Assembly: GCA_004322205.1 (NCBI GenBank)
Contig: SCSN01000009.1
Coordinates: forward strand, 29,836-93,835
Direction of reading: 5' to 3'
Length of the DNA: 64,000 nt
Source of the DNA: Patescibacteria group bacterium
GTDB lineage: Bacteria; Patescibacteriota; Minisyncoccia; Phycocordibacterales; Zambryskibacteraceae
Shown here piece after piece: positions 39,291 through 50,212 of this stretch (positions are counted from its first letter, which is position 1; every line of letters starts with the position of its first letter). A program made the translations under genes and the position numbers. Under the pieces are notes generated by a model, which saw only the letters and a list, made by a program, of their open reading frames with translations, was not told the DNA's origin and ran no database searches.

Positions 39291-40202
39291 ATGATTTATC
39301 GTCGGCGATACAGAGAAGCTCTCTGGGTTGACGCCGTCAATCCGACCCACCAGGAGTTGAACGGCTTGGCAGACGAACTGCGTTTCCATCCGGCGGTCGT
39401 AGAAGAGCTCGCCTCTCCATCGCTTAAGTCCCGAGTTGAACTCTACGACCAGTATCTCTTTCTTATCCTTCACTTCCCTGCCGTGAAGCTAAGCCACCGC
39501 GACAGCATTCAGGAAATAGACTTTGTTATCGGGCGGGATTTTGTCGTTACGGTACGCTATGACACAGTGGACGCCATTGACGCCTTCGGGAAGATTCTCG
39601 AGGTCAAAAGCATTCTCGACCGCGGCCCGCGCGAGCATCCGGCGGGCTATATTTTCTTTGGCATCACCCAGGAGATTTACCACTCGCTTTTAAGCGAACT
39701 TGAGTATGTCGGCAACTGGATTGCAAAAATTGAGGAAGGAATTTTTGCCGGACGCGAGCGGGAAATGGTCATGGCGCTATCGGAAGTCAGCCGGACTCTT
39801 CTCAATTTCAAAAAAGCCACGGACTTTCACAATGAAATCCTCACCTCTCTCCACGACCTCGGCAAAAAAGTTTTTGACGAGCATTTCTCGTACCACGTCG
39901 AACGCCTCCTTGACGAATATCATAAGGTTAGACACGTTCTGAACGGAGATATTGATTCGGTGGCAGAACTGCGTGAGACAAACGATTCTCTCCTCTCCAC
40001 CAAGCAAAATGAGGTTATGAAAGTTCTCACTATCGTGGCTTTCATTGCTCTTCCTCTTTCGCTTATAACTTCTCTGCTCCAGATTGACGCCGTTTCCAGG
40101 CCAATTATCGGGCGTCCGAATGACTTCTGGATTATTCTTGCCGCCCTGCTAGCTCTTGGGGTGCTTCTTTTCGCCTACTTTAAGCACAAAAAATGGCTTT
40201 AA
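39291..40202 (+). CDS. CorA-family divalent cation transporter (divergent pore motif)
   Basis: Cytoplasmic domain plus two C-terminal TM helices; ends ...YFKHKKWL like CorA; the canonical GMN is replaced (SLLQID). Confidence 0.55.
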   Translation: MIYRRRYREALWVDAVNPTHQELNGLADELRFHPAVVEELASPSLKSRVELYDQYLFLILHFPAVKLSHRDSIQEIDFVIGRDFVVTVRYDTVDAIDAFGKILEVKSILDRGPREHPAGYIFFGITQEIYHSLLSELEYVGNWIAKIEEGIFAGREREMVMALSEVSRTLLNFKKATDFHNEILTSLHDLGKKVFDEHFSYHVERLLDEYHKVRHVLNGDIDSVAELRETNDSLLSTKQNEVMKVLTIVAFIALPLSLITSLLQIDAVSRPIIGRPNDFWIILAALLALGVLLFAYFKHKKWL

Positions 40203-40237
40203 TCAGCTAACAAGCTAATTAGCTGGTTAGCTTTTTA

Positions 40238-41650
40238 ATGAAAATGCTAAGACTTACCAATACTCTCACTGGCAAAAAGGAGGAGTTCATACCGATAAAA
40301 GAAGGGACGGTTAGCATGTACCACTGCGGTCCGACAGTGCACAACTACGCTCACATTGGCAATCTGCGCGCCTACATTTTTGCCGACGTTTTGAGACGCA
40401 CCCTTGAGTTCCTGGGCCTAGACGTCCATCAGGTGATAAATGTCACTGACATCGGGCATCTGGTCAGTGAAACGGATGAAGGTGAAGACAAAATGACGCG
40501 GGCGCTTTCGCGTGAAGGTAAGCCCCTGACGCTTGCGGCAATGCGAGAGCTTGCTGATTTCTATTTTGAAGCCTTTAAGAATGATCTCATCGCTCTTAAC
40601 ATCAAGCTTCCGGAGCATTTCCCCTTTGCCAGCGATCATATTGCCGAAGAAGTCGCTCTGGTCCAGAAACTCATCGAGAAAAACCGCACCTACCAGACGA
40701 ACGACGGCATCTACTTTGATACTGCAAAAATGAAAGAATACGGCAAACTCGGCGGCCCTACTGCAGACAACAGTGAACACTCCCGAATACCTCCGAACCC
40801 TCAAAAAAAACATCCTCGCGACTTCGCTCTCTGGAAATTCTCCGCTCAAGGTGGGGAGCTTGGCTACGACGCGCCTTTTGGCAAAGGTTTTCCCGGCTGG
40901 CACATTGAGTGCTCCGCTATGTCAATGAAATATCTCGGCGAGACGTTTGACATTCACACCGGTGGCATTGACCACATTCCAGTTCACCACAACAACGAAA
41001 TCGCCCAGTCAGAAGCCGCAACCGGAAAACCTCTGGCGCGCTACTGGCTTCACAGTGCCTTTCTCACTGTTGAGAGCGGAAAAATGGCAAAGTCGGAAGA
41101 GAACTTCGTTCGACTTCAATCACTTATTGATCGCGGCATCCATCCACTCGCCTACCGATTCTTCATTCTTCAAGCTCATTACCACTCCCCGCTCATCTGG
41201 AGCTGGGAAGCTGTTGAAGCCGCCCAGAGTGGATTTGAATCTCTCGTTCTTCGGGTGGCAGATTTGCAGACGGAGGTGAAGAATGTTTCTCATCAGGCGC
41301 TTCCCACTGACCCAGACTTTTTTTTAGAAGCTATCACTGATGATTTGAATACTCCGCGGGCAATTGCACTACTGTCTTCTTTCCTAGAGGAAAAACTGCC
41401 GCCCAACGCCAAGCTCGCTACTCTCTACCACCTTGACGAAATTCTCGGCTTGCGGCTCAAAGAACTGGCAGAGAAAGTAAGAACTATCCCCTCTGAAATT
41501 CTTGCCGTCAAAAGAGAGAGAGATACACTCCGGCAAGGGAAAAAATTCCAAGAGGCTGACGCCCTCCGGGAAGAAATCAGCTCCCAATATCTTGTCCGCG
41601 ATCTCGAGAGTGGAACTGCAATCACCCGAAGACTTGACCCTTCTCTCTAG
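40238..41650 (+). CDS. cysS: cysteinyl-tRNA synthetase
   Basis: MYHCGPTVHNYAHIGN (HIGH) and KMAKS motifs; zinc-binding Cys. Confidence 0.92.
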   Translation: MKMLRLTNTLTGKKEEFIPIKEGTVSMYHCGPTVHNYAHIGNLRAYIFADVLRRTLEFLGLDVHQVINVTDIGHLVSETDEGEDKMTRALSREGKPLTLAAMRELADFYFEAFKNDLIALNIKLPEHFPFASDHIAEEVALVQKLIEKNRTYQTNDGIYFDTAKMKEYGKLGGPTADNSEHSRIPPNPQKKHPRDFALWKFSAQGGELGYDAPFGKGFPGWHIECSAMSMKYLGETFDIHTGGIDHIPVHHNNEIAQSEAATGKPLARYWLHSAFLTVESGKMAKSEENFVRLQSLIDRGIHPLAYRFFILQAHYHSPLIWSWEAVEAAQSGFESLVLRVADLQTEVKNVSHQALPTDPDFFLEAITDDLNTPRAIALLSSFLEEKLPPNAKLATLYHLDEILGLRLKELAEKVRTIPSEILAVKRERDTLRQGKKFQEADALREEISSQYLVRDLESGTAITRRLDPSL

Positions 41651-41734
41651 TACTTTCTCTCCCCAGATTAGACACATCTTACCCAGAAGTAAGTCTTTTT
41701 GCCTTCTTCGTTGGTGTGGTAGGATAGTGCCTGT

Positions 41735-43123
41735 ATGACAGATGGCATCCGAGAGAAAATCCGCGTTCCCCCGCAGAGCCTCGAGGCGGAGCGGGCGCTC
41801 CTCGGCTCCATAATGCTGCGTCCGGAAGGCATTTACGAAGTCATTGATCTCATTACTCCCCAGTCCTTCTACTCGCATAAGCACACCCTCATCTTCGAGA
41901 CAATGCTTGAACTTTTCCTGAAGCGTCAGCCAATTGACCTTCTCTCGCTCTCTTCGCGCCTCAAGGAAAAGAACCTCCTTGAGGAGATCGGCGGGGCAAG
42001 CTATTTAACGGAGTTGGTGAATGTCGTCCCCTCTTCGACCAATCTCAAGCACTACGCGGAGATTGTCCATAAGAAATACATGATGCGGCGGCTAATTGAG
42101 GCGTCCGAATTTATCGCCGGGCTCGGTTACGAGGAAGCACATGACATCGAAGAGATTATCGACAGCGCCGAAAAAAAAGTTTACGAAATAACTTCGGCGG
42201 GCGGCATCCAATCATTCACCGAACTGCGCGAAGAACTTGCCGAGGCCTGGGAACGCCTCGATCGGCTCCACAACACGAAAGGCGGACTGCGAGGCATCCC
42301 GACGGGATTCCCGGAAATTGACAACAAACTTTCAGGCTTGCAAAAAGCAGATCTCATTATTCTTGCCGCCCGCCCCGCCATGGGGAAAACCGCTCTAGCG
42401 CTCGATATTGCCCGTCAAACGGCAGTCAACCACAAAGTGCCGGTCGGTATCTTTTCTCTCGAAATGAGCGCCCAGCAGCTGGTGGATAGAATGCTCGCCG
42501 CCCAGTCCAATGTTGACGCTTGGCGGTTGCGCACCGGTAAGCTCTCGCGAGAGGAGGAATTTGCCGCCATCCGTCAATCACTTGACGTCCTCTCCCAAGC
42601 TCCCATTTACGTTGACGACCAGCCGGCAAATAACATCATGAAAATGCGCTCGGTGGCGCGACGCCTCAAGAGCGAAAAAGGTCTCGGACTGCTGATCGTT
42701 GATTATCTCCAGCTTATGGTCCCCACTCAGTCGCGCACAAACGATAACCTTGTTCAGCAAGTCACTGAAATTTCCCGCTCCCTCAAAAACCTGGCGCGGG
42801 AACTTAATATTCCCGTTCTTGCTCTCTCCCAGCTTTCACGTGCCGCCGTGCAAAGCGGCGACAGACCCAAACTCCATCACCTCCGCGACAGCGGAAGCCT
42901 TGAGCAGGATGCCGACGTGGTGATGTTCATTCACCGCGAAGACAAGTACAAGGACGACAGCGAAAAGAAAAACATCGCTGAAATTCTCATTGAAAAACAC
43001 CGCAACGGAGAAACCGGAAAGATTGAATTGTACTTCAACGAGAAGCGAGTCACATTTCAGAGCATTGAGAAAAGCCGTTTTAGCGGCACCGAAGAGGAGG
43101 AGCTTGAGACAGTAAGCTATTAA
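41735..43123 (+). CDS. dnaB: replicative DNA helicase
   Basis: PPQSLEAERALLGSIML N-terminus; Walker A GKT; RecA-like C-domain. Confidence 0.92.
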   Translation: MTDGIREKIRVPPQSLEAERALLGSIMLRPEGIYEVIDLITPQSFYSHKHTLIFETMLELFLKRQPIDLLSLSSRLKEKNLLEEIGGASYLTELVNVVPSSTNLKHYAEIVHKKYMMRRLIEASEFIAGLGYEEAHDIEEIIDSAEKKVYEITSAGGIQSFTELREELAEAWERLDRLHNTKGGLRGIPTGFPEIDNKLSGLQKADLIILAARPAMGKTALALDIARQTAVNHKVPVGIFSLEMSAQQLVDRMLAAQSNVDAWRLRTGKLSREEEFAAIRQSLDVLSQAPIYVDDQPANNIMKMRSVARRLKSEKGLGLLIVDYLQLMVPTQSRTNDNLVQQVTEISRSLKNLARELNIPVLALSQLSRAAVQSGDRPKLHHLRDSGSLEQDADVVMFIHREDKYKDDSEKKNIAEILIEKHRNGETGKIELYFNEKRVTFQSIEKSRFSGTEEEELETVSY

Positions 43124-43127
43124 TCGG

Positions 43128-43748
43128 ATGAGTGCGCTTGAAGAGCTTGAGAGGTTGTTTCGGGAATTCCCCGGCATCGGGCCGCGGCAGGCAAAGCGGT
43201 TCGTTTATTTTTTGCTCACCCGCAATGGCGACTTTCTGTCTAGTCTCTCGGAAAATATCAAAAAACTCCGTCGAGAAGTAATTCTGTGTAATTTGTGTTT
43301 CCGCTACTTCCCTACAGGTTTGAAAAAAACTCATCTCTGCTCCATTTGCTCCGCCGAGAACCGCGATCATGGCACACTGCTGGTCGTAGCGCGCGACAGT
43401 GATTTGGAGACCGTTGAGAAAAGCGGCGTCTATCGGGGTCTCTATTTTGTTTTAGGCGGCACGCTTCCAATCCTTGAAAAAGAACCGGGGGGGGAAATTC
43501 GCATCCATGAGCTTATGTCTCGCCTTGAAAAAGATGGTGAAGGAAAAAAACTGAAAGAGATTATTTTTGCTCTTAATGTAAATCCTGAAGGAGAAAACAC
43601 GGCCGACTATATACGAGAAAAAATTGAACCGCTCTCAAAAAAATATGGCATTAAAATATCTCTCCTTGGCAGAGGACTCTCCACCGGCCTGGAACTCGAA
43701 TATTCTGACCCCGAAACTCTCAAGTATGCTCTTAAAAACAGAGAGTAG
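43128..43748 (+). CDS. recR: recombination protein RecR
   Basis: HhH (EFPGIGPRQAKR), C4 zinc finger, Toprim domain. Confidence 0.9.
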   Translation: MSALEELERLFREFPGIGPRQAKRFVYFLLTRNGDFLSSLSENIKKLRREVILCNLCFRYFPTGLKKTHLCSICSAENRDHGTLLVVARDSDLETVEKSGVYRGLYFVLGGTLPILEKEPGGEIRIHELMSRLEKDGEGKKLKEIIFALNVNPEGENTADYIREKIEPLSKKYGIKISLLGRGLSTGLELEYSDPETLKYALKNRE

Positions 43749-43799
43749 AGAATATAACGGATTTGGGAGCTGGGCTCCCAAGTTGTCCCGTTACAGAGA

Positions 43800-44234
43800 C
43801 TAGAATATCTCTGTAATCTCCACCTCAAAAAATGGCTGGCGGTGTCCGTATTTTTTGTAGTAGCGGCTTTTGGCTTTGTAGTGAACAACGTTTATTTTTT
43901 TTGCCCTGCCGATTTTAAGAAGTTTTGCGTCAACCCTGGCGTCTGAAATGTAAGGGTCTCCAACTACTGTCTCTTTTCCGTTATCACGAAGGAGAACCTT
44001 GTCAAATGTGAGGCTGTCCCCTTCCTTGAGGCCACCTTTTATTTTCTCAATTCTTATTTTATTCCCTGCCGATACGAGATATTGTTTCCCCCCCGTCGCA
44101 ATCACAGCAAAGCCAGAATCTTTATTTATTCCGCGGGCCTTGCTCTCTTTTATTTTTTTTGTTGCTAGCCGTTTGTCGCCTGCCTGCCGGCGAGGCAGGT
44201 TGGTCGTTAGTTCTCTTGGCATAATGCGCTCCAT
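43800..44234 (-). CDS. rplU: 50S ribosomal protein L21 with about 40-aa basic N-terminal extension
   Basis: FAVIATGGKQYLVSAGNKIRIEK...GHRQPFFEVEI core. Confidence 0.85.
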   Translation of the reverse strand: MERIMPRELTTNLPRRQAGDKRLATKKIKESKARGINKDSGFAVIATGGKQYLVSAGNKIRIEKIKGGLKEGDSLTFDKVLLRDNGKETVVGDPYISDARVDAKLLKIGRAKKINVVHYKAKSRYYKKYGHRQPFFEVEITEIF

Positions 44235-44294
44235 TCTACACAGCCAACAGCGATTGACAAGCGCGCCATGCCGAGAGCTTTGGATTCCCGCAGT

Positions 44295-45377
44295 CTACTC
44301 CGTGGTTGGCTTATCAATGGCGAGTGGTTCGATTCCGGGTGCCGCGCCGCTAATTTTCATAACATCTTTATCGACTTTTCCGAGTTCCTTGTAAGCGGCA
44401 TTGTAGTGCGAAACGCTTGTCGAGAGAGCGTTGCCAAGCCGCCCCATATAATCCTCATAAGATTTTAAGTGCCGCCCCAAATCCCCTACCCGCTTCATAA
44501 TTTCCTTGGCAGTTTCCTCAATTTTAAAAGCCTTGAAGCCGTACAGTACCGATTGGAGATAGGCAGAAAAGGTCGTTGGCGAGACGATAATAACTTTCTT
44601 CTCATTGTAAGCGTAGTCTATGAGGTTGCGCGTATTTACCTTAAGCGTCCCGATCTCATTGACCAGAAGATCGTAGTAAATCGCTTCCGCCGGGATGAAC
44701 ATAAAAGCAAACGGCAGGGTTCCCTCGTTTGGTCTTACGTATTTTGCCGTCTCGTCTATGCGTTTCTTTAAGTCGTTGCGAAATTCTTTTTCAAGCTCTT
44801 CTTTCTCCCTGTCGCCAACAGCGTGAACGATTCTAGTGTAGTTATCGAGAGAAAACTTTGCATCAATGGGAATTTTACCGTCTTTCGTAATAATAACCGC
44901 GTCTACGGTGTCACCGTTCTCGAAACTGTACTGCATTCGAAAAGCGTCAGGCGGGAGAATGTTGGAAAGGATGAGTTCAAGCGAGGCTTCGCCGAGATTT
45001 CCTCTCTGTTTCTGGTGTTTGAGAACTTTTTCAAGATTTGCAAGCTGCTCGGCAATAGACATAAACTGCCGTGTGGCTTCATTGGTTTTAGTTTGCTCTT
45101 TTGCCACCTCAAGAAGATTTTTGCTCACCTCTTGGTTAATTTCGCGAATTAGGCGCTGAGACTCCGAAAACTGTATCCGGACCGCATCCTGCATCTCCCG
45201 ACGGGAGTCAGAAAGCTTGGAGTCGAGTGTCCGCATCAGTTCATTGAGCTGATTTTGCAGCAAGACAAATTCACCCTCCCCTGATACACCCTTTCGTCGG
45301 TGGACGCGCCACAGAAAAAAAGCGTTAAACAGGAGAATAACAAACATAACAACAAGAACCGCAGTCAAAGTAGTCAC
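44295..45377 (-). CDS. rmuC: DNA recombination protein RmuC
   Basis: N-terminal TM segment, long coiled coil, RmuC C-terminal domain. Confidence 0.7.
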   Translation of the reverse strand: MTTLTAVLVVMFVILLFNAFFLWRVHRRKGVSGEGEFVLLQNQLNELMRTLDSKLSDSRREMQDAVRIQFSESQRLIREINQEVSKNLLEVAKEQTKTNEATRQFMSIAEQLANLEKVLKHQKQRGNLGEASLELILSNILPPDAFRMQYSFENGDTVDAVIITKDGKIPIDAKFSLDNYTRIVHAVGDREKEELEKEFRNDLKKRIDETAKYVRPNEGTLPFAFMFIPAEAIYYDLLVNEIGTLKVNTRNLIDYAYNEKKVIIVSPTTFSAYLQSVLYGFKAFKIEETAKEIMKRVGDLGRHLKSYEDYMGRLGNALSTSVSHYNAAYKELGKVDKDVMKISGAAPGIEPLAIDKPTTE

Positions 45378-45443
45378 GATGAGTCAATTATAACAGGAAT
45401 TACTGTTTGCTTATAGCTTTGCCTCTCCAGAAAAAACCTTATA

Positions 45444-45914
45444 ATGATTATTATGCCTTTGACTGAAACTATACGAGAAGAAATGAAAAAAGCGATGTTT
45501 GCCAAGAATGAGTTGCGGCTCAATACCCTGCGAGGGCTTATTGCCGCCTTCACCAACGAGCTCGTCGCCACCCGCCGCAAGCCCACGGAAGAGTTTCCTG
45601 ACGATGATGCTCTTGAGGTGATTCGGCGTGGAGTGAAACAGCGCAAAGACTCAATTGAGCAGTTTGGCGCCGGTGGGCGTCAGGATCTGGTGAAACAGGA
45701 AGAGGCGGAGATGAAGATTCTTTTGGAGTTTCTCCCCGCCGCTATGCCGGAAGAAGAAATTCGCAAACTTGCGGAAACGAAAAAGGCAGAGCTTGGTATA
45801 ACAGACAAATCAAAAATGGGTATGCTCATTGGCACAGTGATGAAAGAATTGAAAGGAAGAGCGGACGGAGCGGAAGTCAAAAAAGTTGTGGAAAATCTAT
45901 TCCGCGACGCTTGA
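45444..45914 (+). CDS. GatB/YqeY domain protein
   Basis: LKEAMKAKD-like N-terminus (EEMKKAMFAKNELRLNTLRGL), about 150 aa. Confidence 0.7.
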   Translation: MIIMPLTETIREEMKKAMFAKNELRLNTLRGLIAAFTNELVATRRKPTEEFPDDDALEVIRRGVKQRKDSIEQFGAGGRQDLVKQEEAEMKILLEFLPAAMPEEEIRKLAETKKAELGITDKSKMGMLIGTVMKELKGRADGAEVKKVVENLFRDA

Positions 45915-45947
45915 AAATATTCATTTTTTTGACTTTTACAATCAATT

Positions 45948-46301
45948 ATGACAAAATTTAATCCAGAAAAAGTCCCAAAGAAGGAACCGATGCTTCCTGA
46001 CATTGCAGTAATGCGCAGTATTACGGAAGAAGCACGCAGGATCTGGAAAGAGGAGGACCGAATGGCAACCAATATGATCAACTCCTCAATCCAAAGAGCT
46101 ATGGAGAAGTTTGGGTATCACCCTGACCGTGACCAAGAGCTGAGGCGTGTCATCGGCGAATCGTTCGCCGAAGAGAGCGCCAAAATGGTTGCCGCCACCC
46201 TCTCTGAGCGCAAGCGTCACTTCCCGGGAGAGCGCATTGGTAGAGACGGGCGCACCTACCGCGCCCAAAACGCCTACCAGCCAGAGCGAGACGACTACTG
46301 A
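45948..46301 (+). CDS. hypothetical protein
   Basis: 117-aa ORF, no recognisable motif. Confidence 0.3.
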   Translation: MTKFNPEKVPKKEPMLPDIAVMRSITEEARRIWKEEDRMATNMINSSIQRAMEKFGYHPDRDQELRRVIGESFAEESAKMVAATLSERKRHFPGERIGRDGRTYRAQNAYQPERDDY

Positions 46302-46343
46302 TGTCTCGCTCTGTTTTGTTTCTTTCTTTACTCTATTGACTTT

Positions 46344-46679
46344 ATGTTTAAGATGTACTATCCTAAAATTAGGATATGTATGCTCTTAAACATTCCGGGA
46401 GGGACCCTAATGTACTACGGGATGACGAAACACCAGAAGCGCTTCGTTAATCTCGCCTCCAAGATTCTTAGAAAAGACGAAGCGGGGAACGGCAAGGAGG
46501 CGGCCATTCGAGCCCTTCAGTTGGAAGGAATAGACCCTTTCGACAATTCCTCGCTTGTATCCCGCATCTGCAGCGAACTGGGGCGACGAGGGGCCGCGGC
46601 GCGCAAGCGCGCCGCCAAACGAGCCAATGGACGTTGGCAAGAAGAGATCGCCGATGCCCGAGCAGGATTCGAACGTTGA
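46344..46679 (+). CDS. hypothetical basic protein (start uncertain)
   Basis: 111-aa ORF with an Arg/Lys/Ala-rich C-terminus. Confidence 0.25.
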   Translation: MFKMYYPKIRICMLLNIPGGTLMYYGMTKHQKRFVNLASKILRKDEAGNGKEAAIRALQLEGIDPFDNSSLVSRICSELGRRGAAARKRAAKRANGRWQEEIADARAGFER

Positions 46680-47008
46680 ATCCTGCTTTTTTGTTACAAT
46701 GAAAACATTAATAGTAACTCAAACGCCATGCTCAAAAACAGCATTTATAACCTTCTGCTCCAGCCCACCGAAGAGAACAAAAGTCTGTGGCGCATTAAGA
46801 ATATGTATCTTAAGGACTCCGAAGGCAACGAGGGGGTGCTAACATTCTGGAAGAAAATGGAAACTGGCAAGGAAAATCACACTAAGGAATTAATTGAACT
46901 GGTAAATGGGATCTTAAAGGCCAGCTAATTATCAGCAACTATAATTCAGTATATGCAACAATTCCATGGAATTGTTGAGTGAGAACAAATTGAAATTAAA
47001 AATTATAA

Positions 47009-49792
47009 CTAAATCTGCGGGGCTATTTCCTCATTAGGAATAGATGATTTTTGATATTTTTTCATAACTTCTGCTTCAACTTCTTCAGCTGGACGGCCAA
47101 AACGCTCAAACGACGCCTGTTTGATTGTCTGCGGATCACTTATACCCTCTTCTGCTACAGATATTGTTTCAATGCTAAAGGGCCGCTCCGGCCTGCCGTT
47201 TACAAGAAGTTTCAGGTGGGCGCGGCGATTTTCGATATTGACGAGCCCTTGGGCGGTAAAGACCGGCTCAAACTGCTTTGCCAGATATTCAGCATCATCG
47301 CTTCCCACCCGGAAGGCAGCAATGGTGCCAACATTTCCAAAGACGGCGTTTTTAATGTTTTCCTCAAGCTGACCGATGAATTGGTGGGCAATAGTGAGAG
47401 AGAGCTTGTACTTGCGAGCTTCGGAAAGAATGGTGGCTATGGAATTGGTTGTGATGTTTTGGAATTCGTCGATATAGAGATTAAATGTCGGCAATCCGTC
47501 TGCTGGCGGACTAGCGAGTGAGTCCACGCGCGAGAGCGCCGCCATCAGAATTTTGCCGACGAGAACCAAACCAATTAGATTAGCGTTGATGTCACCGAGG
47601 CGGCCTTTTGAAAGATTGACCAGAAGGATTTTGCGATTATCCATAATCTCCCTAAAGTTAAAGGCAGAGTGTTCTTGAGCAACAATGGGACGCATGATGT
47701 CGTTTGCCAGAAAGACGTCAAACTTGCTTGTGATATACGGCACGATATTGGCAAGGGCCGCCTCGCCGCCAGCTTTTTCGGCAACTTCCTTCCAGAACTG
47801 CACCACTACCGGGTTACCGCAGCGCGAGAGTTTGAGCTGGCGGAATTCCCTATTGGACAGCACCCGAGAGACATCAAGAAGTGTCGAGCCGCTTTCCGGG
47901 TCTTCAATGACAAGCATTGCCGAATTGCGGAAATATTGCTCAAACATCGGCCCCATTGACTCCGGCACCGCCCCATAGAGTTTCTGGAAGATATTGAAGA
48001 GCTCGTTTACCACAAATGTTTTTTGCTCGGGGAAACGCGGATCGTACTCGAGCATATTGAGCCCCATCGGTTTCTGTGTATAGGCTGGATCGAAATAAAT
48101 CAGGTCTTGAACGCGCTCCGGCGGAATGTGCCGCAGAACATCTTCAATATCAACTCCGTGCGGGTCAATCATGGCCACACCTTGACCTCGGGCGATATCC
48201 TGAATAATCATGTTCTTGAGAAGAGTGGACTTCCCTGTTCCCGTTTGACCAATGGTGTAGAAATGACGCAAGCGGTCGTCATCGGTAATATATACTTTCC
48301 GCTCAACTCCTTGGAAACGATTGACGCCAAGAAGAGTACCCTCGGCGGGAAGATTAACCGGCACCGGGGCATCGTGTGCTCGAAGAGTGCGAAGTTGGGC
48401 CACGCCGGAAAGTGCTTCAGTATGAAAATGCACAAGCGAAGTCAGCTCTTTGAGATTGAGTGGAATTGCTTCCTTTGGCAAGAACAGCCGGAAAGCGAAA
48501 TGCCGCAGAAACCGCTTTAACCGACTGCCAGAGGCTCTCTTAAAGCGCAGTGACAGCCCTTGGGGATTGTCAAACTGCTTAAAAGCTGATTCCAAGTCGC
48601 CAAGGATTGCTTCGGCCCGTTCCCGGCTTGCCGCCGAAGCCGCCAAACGAAGGGAGGCCGAGACAATGGGGGCGGATAATTTTTTCTCCACTCGCTCTAC
48701 CGCCGCCTGATCAACGGTCTTTGGTTTACCGTCATCTTTCTTCTTTTTCTCCGAAGAGAAGAGTTCTTTGAAAAGACCGAAGGCCTCTTCGGTAAAGGTG
48801 GTAGAAATTTTTGTGGCTTCTTTTACCGGAGCACCTTCCTTTATTTTCTTTAGCGCATAACCAAATCTTTTGGCGTAGATCTCACCGGCAGGTTGGATAA
48901 GGAGTTGTAAACTCGCCCCTTCCCCTTCCCGATTAATTTTGGAAAAGACCTGAAGAACAATGTTGAGCGGATCGTGGTCGAATTCGTCATAAGTTTTAAG
49001 TGGAAAAACCGGACTGCCTTGGGCAACGGCATATGAGCCGGCAGAAGCACCTTGCTCGTTAAAAATGTTGTAGTCATTGACCCGTTCGCGCAGTTGAGCT
49101 CCGGGGAAAATGGAAAGAATTTGTTTTTCAAAGAGAGCTTTTTTTGATTCGGGAACTGCGGCGTAGAAAACAAACTCCTCACTGCCGTTTTCGTTGGCGA
49201 TTTCCAGAACCAAATAATTTTCCGCCGGCTTTTTATCCGGAGAGACAGCAAGCATCCCCGCGTAAAACTGCTCCATTCCCGAGAGAATTTCTTTAAGCGT
49301 ACGCTCACGCTCGTTGCTTGCCTGCGGGATTACAATCTCAAAAAGTGCCAGCGACAGGGCTTTGTAGAGTGGTTTTCGTTTAGAAATACCCTTCACTTCA
49401 AAGCCGCTCTTAATATACTGTACCAGGTAGCGATGGAGATCATCCTCGACGTGAATGTCGCCGAGTTTTTCCAGCACCGAAAGAGCATTCTTGATTCCCT
49501 TTTCATTGACAAGTTTGATGAGTTCCTGAACGCGGCTGTCGTGGCGCTCCGGCGCCAAATTGAGAGCGGCAGCTTCAACCTGCGCGCCCGGTAAACGAAA
49601 CGATTCATCGAGGATTTGTTCGCTCGGTATTTTCTTGTACTCCTGTATCTTTTCAGTAATAACAGTCTCACGATCGGAGGCAACGCCCTGCTCGGTCAGC
49701 TCCCGCTCTCGCCGAATAACTTCTCGAGTGACATGCGATAGCTCTTCTTGCGGACTGCGTAAATACTCCCCGGAAGATGAAGGTTTCTCCAT
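47009..49792 (-). CDS. VirD4/TraG/TrwB-like (type IV coupling protein family) P-loop ATPase
   Basis: 927 aa; Walker A GQTGTGKST; Walker B LYIDEF; KLSLTIAHQFIGQL...GNVGTIAAFRVG motif typical of coupling-protein/FtsK-HerA-type ATPases. Confidence 0.5.
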   Translation of the reverse strand: MEKPSSSGEYLRSPQEELSHVTREVIRRERELTEQGVASDRETVITEKIQEYKKIPSEQILDESFRLPGAQVEAAALNLAPERHDSRVQELIKLVNEKGIKNALSVLEKLGDIHVEDDLHRYLVQYIKSGFEVKGISKRKPLYKALSLALFEIVIPQASNERERTLKEILSGMEQFYAGMLAVSPDKKPAENYLVLEIANENGSEEFVFYAAVPESKKALFEKQILSIFPGAQLRERVNDYNIFNEQGASAGSYAVAQGSPVFPLKTYDEFDHDPLNIVLQVFSKINREGEGASLQLLIQPAGEIYAKRFGYALKKIKEGAPVKEATKISTTFTEEAFGLFKELFSSEKKKKDDGKPKTVDQAAVERVEKKLSAPIVSASLRLAASAASRERAEAILGDLESAFKQFDNPQGLSLRFKRASGSRLKRFLRHFAFRLFLPKEAIPLNLKELTSLVHFHTEALSGVAQLRTLRAHDAPVPVNLPAEGTLLGVNRFQGVERKVYITDDDRLRHFYTIGQTGTGKSTLLKNMIIQDIARGQGVAMIDPHGVDIEDVLRHIPPERVQDLIYFDPAYTQKPMGLNMLEYDPRFPEQKTFVVNELFNIFQKLYGAVPESMGPMFEQYFRNSAMLVIEDPESGSTLLDVSRVLSNREFRQLKLSRCGNPVVVQFWKEVAEKAGGEAALANIVPYITSKFDVFLANDIMRPIVAQEHSAFNFREIMDNRKILLVNLSKGRLGDINANLIGLVLVGKILMAALSRVDSLASPPADGLPTFNLYIDEFQNITTNSIATILSEARKYKLSLTIAHQFIGQLEENIKNAVFGNVGTIAAFRVGSDDAEYLAKQFEPVFTAQGLVNIENRRAHLKLLVNGRPERPFSIETISVAEEGISDPQTIKQASFERFGRPAEEVEAEVMKKYQKSSIPNEEIAPQI

Positions 49793-49873
49793 AATTACTT
49801 AAATTTATTTCGACGATCGAGGGTAGCGGGCAAGTCCTTGGCTTGCCCCGAGGAACCTTCATTATAGCATTTG

Positions 49874-49931
49874 AATTTCCAATAAAACAAAGCTCCGCGA
49901 GATGTGGCAATTATACGCTGTCTCGCGGAGC
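49874..49931. terminator. bidirectional terminator-like hairpin in a divergent intergenic region
   Basis: AAAACAAAGCTCCGCGAGA-N18-TCTCGCGGAGCATTTTGTTTT; TGcTATAAT extended -10 for the minus-strand ATPase gene lies at about 49862..49870. Confidence 0.4.
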
Positions 49932-50212
49932 ATTTTGTTTTATTGTCTGGCTTCTCTGCTATTCACTTCCTCCGCGTATTCCATGAGTTCATGCGCACTA
50001 TGGATTTCGGTGATTGTTCCGTCCGGCCCGTTTATCCTCATTGGAAATAATTCTGATCTTTCATACGACTCTTTGTCACCACCCAAAGCGCTATCTTCAA
50101 TTGAATCTGGCATATTGAATATTTAAGACTAATCTTGCACAAGAGTATTGACTAAATACCCACACTATATTAATATATACACTAGAAACCAGCAACAATC
50201 AAGGAGGAAGTC

